A DNA stretch of 64,000 bases from Candidatus Fervidifonticultor sextus (GTDB lineage Bacteria > Sysuimicrobiota > Sysuimicrobiia > Sysuimicrobiales > Humicultoraceae): the NCBI GenBank assembly GCA_031459875.1, contig JAVKHQ010000009.1, positions 24,116 through 88,115 of the forward strand, read 5' to 3'. Made by a program: the position numbers and the translations under genes. The notes under the pieces were generated by a model. The model was not told the origin of the DNA, made no database searches, and saw nothing but the letters and a program-made list of their open reading frames with translations. Shown piece by piece: positions 22,461 through 32,637 of this stretch; position 1 is the first letter of the stretch, and every line of letters begins with the position of its first letter.

Positions 22461-22480
22461 GCGGTCCAAAGGCTCCTGTT

Positions 22481-22608
22481 TGGAGGCGGCCCACACATTG
22501 GACCCCGGGAAGCAGCCCCGGAGGGAACCCCCACGGCCAGGGTGCCCTGCGTTCTGGACACCGTAAATGGAAGGGGTTTGACGTTTCTGACTTCTCATCA
22601 AGTACCCC
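22481..22608 (-). repeat. Right terminal inverted repeat (128 bp)
   Basis: Reverse complement reads GGGGTACTTGATGAGAAG...GGGCCGCCTCCA. Confidence 0.92.
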
Positions 22609-22684
22609 CTCAAGGTCCCAGAGGTCTGCAGGGTGGCGGCCAGGTCGAGAGGAAGTCTGGCATCCAGAAGGGAGGGGCACGGTC

Positions 22685-23251
22685 GTGAGCACGCCGCCGT
22701 CGGATCCGATCCTGCTCCTGGGCGACCCCCGACTGCGGATCGTCTGCGCGCCGGTGGCCGACCTCCGCGATCCCGTCTTCCGGAACCGGGCCGCCCGGCT
22801 CCAGGCCGCGCTGGCGCGGTTCCGCGCCGAGCACGGCTTCGGCCGGGCCATCGCCGCCCCCCAGATCGGCATTCCGAGCCGCTTCGTGGCCATGGATCTG
22901 GGTTCCGGCCCCATGCTCCTCGTCAATCCCGAGATCACCTGGACCAGCGAGGAGACCTTTACCATGTGGGACGACTGCATGTGCTTCCCGTGGATGCTGG
23001 TCCGCGTCCGCCGGCACCGCTCGATCTCGGTGCGGTTCGCCGACGGGGAGGGCCATCTCCACGAGTGGCCGCGGCTCGACCCGGCCACCTCGGAGTTGCT
23101 CCAGCACGAACTCGACCACCTGGACGGCATCTTGGCCATCGACCGGGCGCTGGACCGCGAGGCCATCGTCAGCCGCGCCGTCTTCGAAGCGGACCCCGGG
23201 AGGTTCCGCTCCCAGGTGGACTACGTGGTCGATTCGAAATCCACCGAGTGA
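22685..23251 (+). CDS. def: Peptide deformylase family protein
   Basis: GDPRLR, GRAIAAPQIG, LVNPEI, DDCMC (variant of EGCLS), LQHELDHLDG. Confidence 0.85.
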   Translation: MSTPPSDPILLLGDPRLRIVCAPVADLRDPVFRNRAARLQAALARFRAEHGFGRAIAAPQIGIPSRFVAMDLGSGPMLLVNPEITWTSEETFTMWDDCMCFPWMLVRVRRHRSISVRFADGEGHLHEWPRLDPATSELLQHELDHLDGILAIDRALDREAIVSRAVFEADPGRFRSQVDYVVDSKSTE

Positions 23252-23279
23252 AATCTTCCATCCCACCAGAGGACGTGCT

Positions 23280-24119
23280 GTGAACCCGCTCGTCTTCGTT
23301 GCCGCTGTGGCCGTCATTGGGGTGGGGGCCGGGATCGCCGGCGCGTTGTTTGGGCTCGGCGGGGGCATCTTCCTGGTCCCGGCCCTGACGCTGCTCTTTC
23401 ACGTCAATATCAAGTACGCCATCGGCGCCAGCATCGTCTCGGTGATCGCCACCAGCAGCGGCGCGGCCGCCGCCTACGTCCGCGACCGGCTGACCAATGT
23501 CCGAGTCGGCATGCTGCTGGAGATCGCCACGGTAACCGGGGCCCTGTCGGGGGCCTATCTCACGGGGCTGCTGGCGCCCCGCTGGCTGTATGTGATCTTT
23601 GGGACCCTGCTCCTCTACTCGATCGTCCCGATGGTCGTCCGCCGCGGCATCGACCTGCCGCCGCCGGGCCCCGCTGATCCTCTGACGGTGCGCCTGGGTC
23701 TGGCGGGGGTCTACCACGATGCTGCAACCGGTCGGGAGGTGGCATACGCCCCCCGCCGCGTGTCTGCCGGCGCCGGCATGATGTACGTCGCCGGGCTCAT
23801 CTCAGGCCTCCTGGGGATCGGCAGCGGCATCTTCAAGGTCCTGGCCATGGACGTCGTGATGCGGCTGCCGCTCAAGGTCTCCACCGCCACCAGCAACTTC
23901 ATGATCGGGGTGACGGCTGCCGCCAGCGCCAGCGTGTATTTCGCCCGGGGGGACATCAACCCGCTGGTGGCCGCCCCGGTCGCCCTCGGAGTGCTGGGTG
24001 GAGCCTGGATCGGCACCCGGCTCATGCTGCGCGCACACCCCCAGACCCTGCGCGTCCTCTTCATCCCGATCCTGGCCTACATTGGTGTGACCATGATCGT
24101 CCGGGGGCTCGGCCTGTGA
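23280..24119 (+). CDS. TauE/SafE (TSUP) family transporter
   Basis: GLGGGIFLVP, SGLLGIGSG, KVSTATSNFMIGVTAA. Confidence 0.88.
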   Translation: MNPLVFVAAVAVIGVGAGIAGALFGLGGGIFLVPALTLLFHVNIKYAIGASIVSVIATSSGAAAAYVRDRLTNVRVGMLLEIATVTGALSGAYLTGLLAPRWLYVIFGTLLLYSIVPMVVRRGIDLPPPGPADPLTVRLGLAGVYHDAATGREVAYAPRRVSAGAGMMYVAGLISGLLGIGSGIFKVLAMDVVMRLPLKVSTATSNFMIGVTAAASASVYFARGDINPLVAAPVALGVLGGAWIGTRLMLRAHPQTLRVLFIPILAYIGVTMIVRGLGL

Positions 24120-24508
24120 ACCGTCCCAGAGACTCCCTTGAGGATGTCGTGAGCGGCATCCTGCTGGCGGGCGTGGCGACCTCGGCGCTGGTCGTCGCGA
24201 TCGGCCTGATCCTGCTGATTCCCGCCGGGACGGGCAAGAGGCTGCTGCTGGAGCAGTTGACGTCCGAGCACGAAGTCTACATTGCGGGGCTGCCGCACAC
24301 GTTGGGCGCGGTGCTGGCAGGTGCCGTGCAAGGTCGGCCGGTGGCCGTGATCCTCCTCGGCCTGCTCCTGTTGATCGCCACGCCGATCGTGCGGGTCCTG
24401 GTGGCTGCAGCCTATTTTGCCTTCACCGGGGATTGCCGGTACGCCCTCATCTCCACCGGTGTGCTGCTCCTGCTCCTGCTGGGGTTCGTCCTCGGCAGGG
24501 CCACCTGA
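24116..24508 (+). CDS. DUF1634-like membrane protein
   Basis: LGLLLLIATPIVRV; usual partner of TSUP genes; GTGA overlap. Confidence 0.75.
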   Translation: MNRPRDSLEDVVSGILLAGVATSALVVAIGLILLIPAGTGKRLLLEQLTSEHEVYIAGLPHTLGAVLAGAVQGRPVAVILLGLLLLIATPIVRVLVAAAYFAFTGDCRYALISTGVLLLLLLGFVLGRAT

Positions 24509-24619
24509 CCGCACCAGGCCCGAGGCCCCAGGCCCCTCAACCGCGGGCTCGATACGGTCCGGAGCCGATGCCCACCGCAACCCGTCCGGTGCACACTGGG
24601 GCCGAAGGAGGCGCTTCTA

Positions 24620-24769
24620 TTGAGCAGCATGGGCAGGGTGGCTTTCTTGCGGTCGCTCAACGGCCTGCGGCAGTACGTGGCCGAGGTGACCACCCGGCAG
24701 TTCCCGCAGCCCGAGCACTGGTTTGGGATCGACGACGGGCAACTGATGGAACCGAAGAAGACCGCCTGA
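24620..24769 (+). pseudogene. 49-aa ORF resembling the PanB C-terminus
   Basis: SD AAGGAGG plus TTG; GLRQYVAEVTTRQFPQPEHWFGID is similar to the PanB tail (a..qY..eV..g.fP..EHsf). Confidence 0.4.
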
Positions 24770-24791
24770 ACGCACGAGGCGGCATAGGGGA

Positions 24792-25844
24792 GTGGTCCCC
24801 GACCACGTGAGGTCAGCCTTCCGGCCCGAGTTCCGGGCGACGGCGGTGGGGAGCCTGCCCCACACCGACCCGGTGGTCGCCTGCGACCTGATCGCCCAGT
24901 ATCTCCCGGATATCCCCGCCTGGCCGCAGCTGCCCAGGCGCGACCCCCGCGAGAGCATGTACGTGCAGTACAGCCAGGGATTTCCCGGGATCGTCTTCGA
25001 GCACGGACGGATCTATGTGGACCGCCGGCGCGATCTGGAGGCCGGCCTGGAGCACCTGTACCTGCGCTACCTGAACGCCGACGCAGGCGCGTCGGCCACC
25101 AGCCCCGACCACGCGGCGGGGCTCGCGCAGTTTCTGACCCGGCCCTGGGAGTCGATCGCGGCCGTCAAAGGCCAGATCGTGGGACCGGTGAGCTGGGGGC
25201 TGACCGTCACCGACCAGGACCGGCGGGCCATCCTTTACGATGACCTGCTGGCCGACGCGGCGGCGAAACACCTGCGGCTGGCCGCGGTCTGGCAGGAGCG
25301 CGAACTCCGCCGCCTGGCCCCGCACACCATCATCGTCGTGGACGAGCCCTATCTGGCCTCGGTCGGCTCGGCGTTCGTGGCCGTCGAGCGCCACGAGGTC
25401 GTCGCGCTGCTCGAGGAGGTCTTCGCCGGCCTGCAGGGCCTCAAAGGCGTCCACTGCTGCGGCAACACCGACTGGTCGCTGATCCTGGAGACCTCGGCTG
25501 ATGTCCTCAGCTTCGACGCCTACGGCTTCGCCGCACCGCTCTCCCTCTATCCCCGGGCCCTGCGGGCGTTTTTGGACCGCGGTGGCATCATCGCCTGGGG
25601 GATCGTCCCGACCTTGGACGATGCCACGGTGATGGCGGAATCGGCCGAGAGCCTGACCGACCGCCTCTGGAGCGCGCTGAGGCTCGTCGCCTCCAAGGGC
25701 ATCCCGCTGGACGACCTGCTCGCCGCCTCGTTGGTCACCCCGTCCTGCGGGATGGCGACCCTCTCGGAGCCGGCGGCGGTGCGGGCGCTGGAGTTGCTGG
25801 CCGGGGTCGCGGCGAGGATGCGACATGACGTTCTGGGACGGTGA
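24792..25844 (+). CDS. Core (folate-independent, MesB-like) methionine synthase, MetE C-terminal barrel only
   Basis: TAVGSLPHTDP, WPQLP, KGQIVGP, DEP, GVHCCG, SFD, WGIVP, TPSCG; 350 aa. Confidence 0.75.
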   Translation: MVPDHVRSAFRPEFRATAVGSLPHTDPVVACDLIAQYLPDIPAWPQLPRRDPRESMYVQYSQGFPGIVFEHGRIYVDRRRDLEAGLEHLYLRYLNADAGASATSPDHAAGLAQFLTRPWESIAAVKGQIVGPVSWGLTVTDQDRRAILYDDLLADAAAKHLRLAAVWQERELRRLAPHTIIVVDEPYLASVGSAFVAVERHEVVALLEEVFAGLQGLKGVHCCGNTDWSLILETSADVLSFDAYGFAAPLSLYPRALRAFLDRGGIIAWGIVPTLDDATVMAESAESLTDRLWSALRLVASKGIPLDDLLAASLVTPSCGMATLSEPAAVRALELLAGVAARMRHDVLGR

Positions 25845-25894
25845 CCCCACCCCAACCTGGCTTGACTGCACCAACGGGGGGAGGAACTCCATAC

Positions 25895-26089
25895 GTGATC
25901 AACCGCAAGGTGGGGTTCAACTTCGGCAACTCCGCGAACAACCAGACTATCGAAATGTGCGCCGAGGTGCGCCGGGCGATGGACGCGGAGACCATCCTCC
26001 GCTTCGAGCACCCCTCCGGTGTGCTGGACCGGCCGGCGGGGCGCGGGCCCACGGCCGGTGCCGGGCCTGTGCTGGCCGGTGCCTGTTGA
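25895..26089 (+). CDS. Small hypothetical ORF or gene remnant (64 aa)
   Basis: SD GGAGG, GTG start, C/G-ending codons in the first 45 codons. Confidence 0.3.
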   Translation: MINRKVGFNFGNSANNQTIEMCAEVRRAMDAETILRFEHPSGVLDRPAGRGPTAGAGPVLAGAC

Positions 26090-26114
26090 CGGATGCAGGC
26101 CCGTGTGCTAGTCT
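26086..26114 (+). promoter_or_regulatory. Sigma70 promoter of the SAM-riboswitch operon
   Basis: TTGACG-17 nt-TAGTCT with extended TG. Confidence 0.7.
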
Positions 26115-26134
26115 TACGATCAACTGAATAGCTT

Positions 26135-26235
26135 CTCTTATCAAGAGTGGGTGAGGGACGGGCCCGATGACCCCCGGCAACCTGCCAGTGCGGTAAGGTG
26201 CCAACCCCCGCGGATCCAGTTCCGGCGGATAAGAG
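26135..26235 (+). ncRNA. SAM-I (S-box) riboswitch aptamer
   Basis: CTCTTATCAAGAG...GAGGGACGGGCCCGATGA..CCGGCAACC...GGTGCCAA...GATAAGAG, with P1 CTCTTATC/GATAAGAG. Confidence 0.95.
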
Positions 26236-26241
26236 GGTGGG

Positions 26242-26276
26242 ATCCCCTCCAGAGGCAGGAAGTGGAGGGGATTTTT
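26242..26276 (+). terminator. Riboswitch-coupled intrinsic terminator
   Basis: ATCCCCTCCA...TGGAGGGGAT stem followed by a T run. Confidence 0.85.
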
Positions 26277-26295
26277 GTATCCTGCGGAGGCGTCT

Positions 26296-27195
26296 GTGGG
26301 CATCCCATCCGAGCGCGTGCGCGTCAGCGTCCCGGCGTCGGTCGCCAACCTGGGCGCGGGATTCGACTGCCTGGCGGCCGCCGTCGGCATCCGTGCCGAG
26401 ATCGCCCTGGCGCGGGCCGCATCCCCGGCGGTCGCCGTCACAGGCGTGGCCGTCCCCCAGGATGAGACCAACCTGATCTACCGGAGCGCGGCCGCGGTGG
26501 CAGAGCGCGTCGGCTACGCCGGCGCCTTCGAACTGCGGGCCTCCTTCCCCATTCCGCTCCGGGGCGGGCTGGGCAGCAGCGCCGCCGCGATCGTCGGTGG
26601 GGCGGTGGCCGCGACCCGGCTGCTGGAGGCGCCGCTGGACGCCGACGCGCTGCTGGAGTTGGCGACCTCGTTCGAAGGCCACCCCGACAACGTGGCGGCG
26701 GCCCTGCTGGGCGGCGTGGTGATCGTGGCGCAGAACAGCGCGGCCATCCGGTGGACCCGGATCGTGCCTCCCGGATCGCCAGCGGTGGTCCTCGCCATCC
26801 CCGCGCTGGAGGTCGAGACGGCGAAGGCGCGTCAGGTGCTGCCCGACCGGGTCAGCCGGGAGGACGCGGTCTTCAACCTGGGCCACACCGCCCTGCTGGT
26901 GGCCGCGCTGGCGCAGGGCCGGAAAGACCTGCTGCGGGTCGCCCTGCACGACCGCCTGCACCAGCCCTACCGCGCCCCGCTGGTCCCGGGCTTCGGGGCG
27001 GTGGTGGACGCCGCGCAACGGGCCGGGGCCTACGGGGCCGTGCTCAGCGGGTCGGGTCCGACGGTGGCCGCGCTGGCGCCGCCGGAGGCAGCGCCGTCGG
27101 TCGGCGAGGCGATGCGCAGGGCGTTCGGGCAGGCCGGGGTGGAGAGCCGCGTGGTGGTGACGGAGATCGACCCGCGCGGGGCACTCGACGGCTGA
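26296..27195 (+). CDS. thrB: Homoserine kinase
   Basis: VPASVANLGAGFD, GHMP motif IPLRGGLGSSAA, EGHPDN, DRLHQPYR, SGSGPT. Confidence 0.92.
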   Translation: MGIPSERVRVSVPASVANLGAGFDCLAAAVGIRAEIALARAASPAVAVTGVAVPQDETNLIYRSAAAVAERVGYAGAFELRASFPIPLRGGLGSSAAAIVGGAVAATRLLEAPLDADALLELATSFEGHPDNVAAALLGGVVIVAQNSAAIRWTRIVPPGSPAVVLAIPALEVETAKARQVLPDRVSREDAVFNLGHTALLVAALAQGRKDLLRVALHDRLHQPYRAPLVPGFGAVVDAAQRAGAYGAVLSGSGPTVAALAPPEAAPSVGEAMRRAFGQAGVESRVVVTEIDPRGALDG

Positions 27196-27251
27196 TGGGG
27201 GAACTCGCTCGGGCACCGAGGCGGTGCCGGGCAGACGGAGGAGGCGATGCG

Positions 27252-28481
27252 ATGCCAGTGGAGCGGTTGCGGTGTCGGGAGTGCGGGACCGAGGTGCCGG
27301 TTGGGCCCGAGTACGTGTGCGAGCAGTGCTTCGGCCCGCTGGAGGTCGTCTACGACGTGGAGGCGATGCGTCGCCTGCCGCTGCGCGAGCGCATCGAGGC
27401 CGGGCCCCGCTCCATCTGGCGCTACGCCGACCTGCTGCCGGTGCCCTACGATCCCGCCGTGGACCTCGCCGCCGGGTTCACGCCGCTGTTGCCCGCGCCG
27501 CGCCTGGGGGCGGCGCTGGGCCTGCGCCGGCTCTTCCTCAAGAACGACTCCACCAACCCGACCTGGTCGTTCAAGGACCGCGCGGTCGAGATCGGAACCG
27601 CCGCGGCGCGACGGTTCGGGTTTACCGTGCTGGCCTGCGCCTCCACCGGCAACCTGGCCAACTCCGTCGCGGCGCATGCGGCGCGGGCGGGCATGCGCGC
27701 CTTCGTCTTCGTGCCCGCCGGCATCGAGCGCGGCAAGGTGGTGCAGTCGGCCATCTACGGCCCCACGGTCATCGAGGTCGAGGGCGGCTACGACGAGGTC
27801 AACCGGCTGTGCGCGGAGATCGGGGAAGAGCACCACTGGGCGTTTCTCAACGTGAACCTGCGGCCGTTCTACAGCGAGGGCGGCAAGACGCTGGCCTTTG
27901 AGGTCGCGGAGCAACTGGGCTGGCAGGCGCCGGATGACATCGTGGTCCCCATCGCATCGGGTAACCTGCTGGTCAAGATCCACAAGGGCTTCCACGAACT
28001 GGCCGCCCTCGGGCTGATCCCGAGCGCGTCCACGCGGATCCACGGCGCGCAGGCCGACGGATGCGCGCCGGTGGCAGCCGCCTTCAAAGACGGCGGGGAG
28101 ATCCGGCCGGTGCGTCCGCAGACCATCGCCCATTCCCTGGCGATCGGGACCCCCGCCGACGGCCGCTACGCCATCGCCGCCGTGCGCGGCAGCGGCGGGC
28201 GGATCGAGGCGGTCACCGACGACGAAATCCTGGAGGGGATGACGGTGCTGGCACAGACCGAGGGAATCTTCACCGAGACGGCCGGCGGGGTGACCGTCGC
28301 CTCCCTGAAGAAACTGGCGGCCTGCGGCGCGGTGGATCCCGACGGCGTCACCGTCGCCTGCATTACCGGCATGGGCCTGAAAACCCAGGAGGCGGCGGCC
28401 GGGGCGGTTGCCGCCTCCGTGCGTATCCGGCCCACCCTGCGCGCGTTCGAGCAGGCCGCCCTGGCCGCCGCGCCCGTCTAA
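27252..28481 (+). CDS. Threonine-synthase-like PLP enzyme, probable O-phosphohomoserine sulfhydrylase
   Basis: N-terminal CxxC..CxxC, NPTWSFKDR, ASTGNLA, NVNLRPFYSEG; SAM-riboswitch and sulfur-carrier context. Confidence 0.8.
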   Translation: MPVERLRCRECGTEVPVGPEYVCEQCFGPLEVVYDVEAMRRLPLRERIEAGPRSIWRYADLLPVPYDPAVDLAAGFTPLLPAPRLGAALGLRRLFLKNDSTNPTWSFKDRAVEIGTAAARRFGFTVLACASTGNLANSVAAHAARAGMRAFVFVPAGIERGKVVQSAIYGPTVIEVEGGYDEVNRLCAEIGEEHHWAFLNVNLRPFYSEGGKTLAFEVAEQLGWQAPDDIVVPIASGNLLVKIHKGFHELAALGLIPSASTRIHGAQADGCAPVAAAFKDGGEIRPVRPQTIAHSLAIGTPADGRYAIAAVRGSGGRIEAVTDDEILEGMTVLAQTEGIFTETAGGVTVASLKKLAACGAVDPDGVTVACITGMGLKTQEAAAGAVAASVRIRPTLRAFEQAALAAAPV

Positions 28482-28512
28482 AGGACCCCACAGGACCAGA
28501 GAGGGAGGCACG

Positions 28513-28785
28513 ATGGCGACCATCAGGATTCCCACCCCGTTGCGGCGCTACACCAACGGCGAGCGGCAGATCACGGTCACCGCGGACACGGTGGCATCGG
28601 CGATCGCCGAGCTCGACCGGCGGTTCCCGGGGGTGCGCTCGCGCCTGCTGGATGCCGACGGGCAGATCCACCGCTTCGTCACCATTTTCGTGGGGGAGCA
28701 GGACGTCCGGCTCCTGGCCGGCCTCGCCACGCCGCTGGACGAGCAGGCGGAGGTCTCCATCATCCCCGCCATGGCCGGCGGCTGA
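28513..28785 (+). CDS. MoaD/ThiS/CysO-family sulfur carrier protein
   Basis: IRIPTPLRRYT...SIIPAMAGG with C-terminal Gly-Gly. Confidence 0.9.
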   Translation: MATIRIPTPLRRYTNGERQITVTADTVASAIAELDRRFPGVRSRLLDADGQIHRFVTIFVGEQDVRLLAGLATPLDEQAEVSIIPAMAGG

Positions 28786-28849
28786 TCCGCCTCCGATCGT
28801 GCTATGGTTAGGGTGGAGTGCAGGCCACACGGCCGCTGTCGGGCCCTGA

Positions 28850-30868
<2,019 letters not shown>

Positions 30869-30878
30869 GGGCGCACTG

Positions 30879-31388
30879 ATGCGGCGGGCGCTGCTCTGGC
30901 TGGCGGTGTTGGGCCTGGCCGCCGTCCTGATCTGGTGGACGCAGGTCCGGCCGCAGCCGGTGGTGGTGCGGATCTACTTCGTGACCTCCACCGACGGCGC
31001 CGCGACGGTCGCCCCGGTGGAACGCACCGTCGTGGGCGGGCGCGCCCCCGAGATCCTCCGCGGCGCCCTGGAGGCGCTGCTGGCTGGGCCGTCGGCGGCC
31101 GAGCGCGCCCGCGGTCTGGTCACCGAGATTCCCGCCGGAACGCGGCTGCGGGGCGTCACGGTGCAGGACGGCGTGGCCGTGATCGACCTGACGGAGGCGG
31201 TCACCTCGGGCGGGGGCTCGTCGAGCATGCTGGGCCGCCTCTGGCAGATCGTCTACACGGGCACGGAGGTGCGGGGGATCGCGCAGGTGCGGATCCTGAT
31301 CGAGGGTGCCGAGCGTCCCGGTCTGGGCGGGGAAGGGGTGCTAATCGACCGGCCCCTCGGCCGTCCTGCGGCGTTCCCGCGGTTCTGA
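30879..31388 (+). CDS. GerMN-domain membrane-anchored protein
   Basis: N-terminal TM; ALLAGPS..E, IPAGTRL, GGGSSSMLGRLWQIVYT. Confidence 0.8.
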   Translation: MRRALLWLAVLGLAAVLIWWTQVRPQPVVVRIYFVTSTDGAATVAPVERTVVGGRAPEILRGALEALLAGPSAAERARGLVTEIPAGTRLRGVTVQDGVAVIDLTEAVTSGGGSSSMLGRLWQIVYTGTEVRGIAQVRILIEGAERPGLGGEGVLIDRPLGRPAAFPRF

Positions 31389-31462
31389 GGTCCCGGGCAG
31401 GAGAGGTCTTCGCACCCGCAGAACAACGTGCACGGCCACCACGCGGAGGACGGAGCCTGCCG

Positions 31463-32632
31463 TTGCCCAGAGAGGTCTTTGCCGAGGAGATCGAGGAGTT
31501 CCTCGAACGGCTGGACGCCGTCGCCGCGGCCCGGGTCGTCGCCAACGACGCCGGCGAGATCGACCGGATCTACATCACCACCGAATCCACCCGCGACGAC
31601 CTCGCCATCCGCCGCGCCATCACGTCGGCGCTGATGAGCCAGTACAGCCTCCCGGTCGACGGCTGGCGGGTGCAGATCGCCCACCTGGAGCCAGCCGCCC
31701 CGCCCGAGCCGGTGCCGGAGTGCCACCTGGCCCGGCTGGAAGAGACGGTCACCGAGACCATGACCCGGGTGGTCGTGGAGCTGCGCTACGAGCGGGACGG
31801 CGTGCAGAAGACGGTGTCCGGATCGGCGCAGGCTCCGGCGGGCCAGGTGCACCGGCTGCGCACGGTGGCGCTGGCCACGGTGGACGCCCTGCGCCCGCTG
31901 GCGGATCGGGCGGGGGGGCGGCCGCAGTTGGAGGGGCTGACCATGATGCCGTTTGCGGGCGTCACGGTGGTGCTGGCGGCGGTCTCCCTGGTCGGTGAGC
32001 GCGGGAGCCTCATGCGGGTGGGGGCCGAGACGGTCTTTGCCAGCGAGGCGGAAGCCGCCGTCGGGGCCGTGCTCGATGCGATGCGGAAGCCGATCCGGCC
32101 GGCGGCCCAGCCGGCCGGAATCCGGACCGACCGGCGGCGTCAGTTCGAGGGGCTGCGCCGGCACTACGAGCGGCTGATCCGGATGGAAGCCCCGGTGCGG
32201 CCTCCGGCCCCGCTGGAGTCGGCTCCACCCCCCCCGGAGGCGGGCGGCACTGGAGAGGTGCGGGCCGCCGGGGAGGTCCCGCACCCTGCGGATGTGATTC
32301 AGGCCATGACCGAGATTCGTCCCGAACCTGAGGGAGGTGCGCCAACCGCGATGCGCGAGGACATCCGAAGCGAGGGCGCCGCCGGGGTCAAGCCGGGCCC
32401 GCGCTATTCCATGGAAGACGCCTTCTACCGCCGGCTGGTCTCAGCCGGCCTGCCCGTCCACATCCGGTGTCGGGACGGCTACGAGATCCCCACGGCGATC
32501 GTGCGGGACTTCGGCACCTACAGCCTGATGGTGGAAGTCAACGGGGTCCAGGAACTCGTGTTCAAGCACGGGATCATCGCCATCCGGCCCTACGGCCCGC
32601 TGCCGCCCGAGACGGCGCCGCCTCCGTCGTAG
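31463..32632 (+). CDS. Multidomain protein with C-terminal Hfq/Sm-like domain
   Basis: 32411-32590 [42 protein letters not shown] aligns by eye with Hfq Sm1/Sm2; start approximate. Confidence 0.7.
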   Translation: MPREVFAEEIEEFLERLDAVAAARVVANDAGEIDRIYITTESTRDDLAIRRAITSALMSQYSLPVDGWRVQIAHLEPAAPPEPVPECHLARLEETVTETMTRVVVELRYERDGVQKTVSGSAQAPAGQVHRLRTVALATVDALRPLADRAGGRPQLEGLTMMPFAGVTVVLAAVSLVGERGSLMRVGAETVFASEAEAAVGAVLDAMRKPIRPAAQPAGIRTDRRRQFEGLRRHYERLIRMEAPVRPPAPLESAPPPPEAGGTGEVRAAGEVPHPADVIQAMTEIRPEPEGGAPTAMREDIRSEGAAGVKPGPRYSMEDAFYRRLVSAGLPVHIRCRDGYEIPTAIVRDFGTYSLMVEVNGVQELVFKHGIIAIRPYGPLPPETAPPPS

Positions 32633-32637
32633 CCTGC

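Larger units (their letters stand above)
19689..22608. mobile_element. Decayed non-autonomous element bounded by long TIRs and a 12-14-bp direct repeat (casposon-like geometry)
   Basis: TIRs at 19689-19815 and 22481-22608; flanks CTCAAGGTGCCAGG (19675-19688) and CTCAAGGTCCCAGA (22609-22622); interior holds only pseudogenes. Confidence 0.8.

Noticed and set aside
19816..22480. CRISPR array near the cas fragments
   Set aside because: No regularly spaced direct repeats seen here or elsewhere in the window
19689..22608. Interpretation as a Tn3, Tn7/CAST or IS256 composite transposon
   Set aside because: IR length (~128 bp) and the 12-14-bp flanking repeat do not fit 5-bp or 8-9-bp TSD families; ends are not TGT/ACA; only one IS256 copy is present
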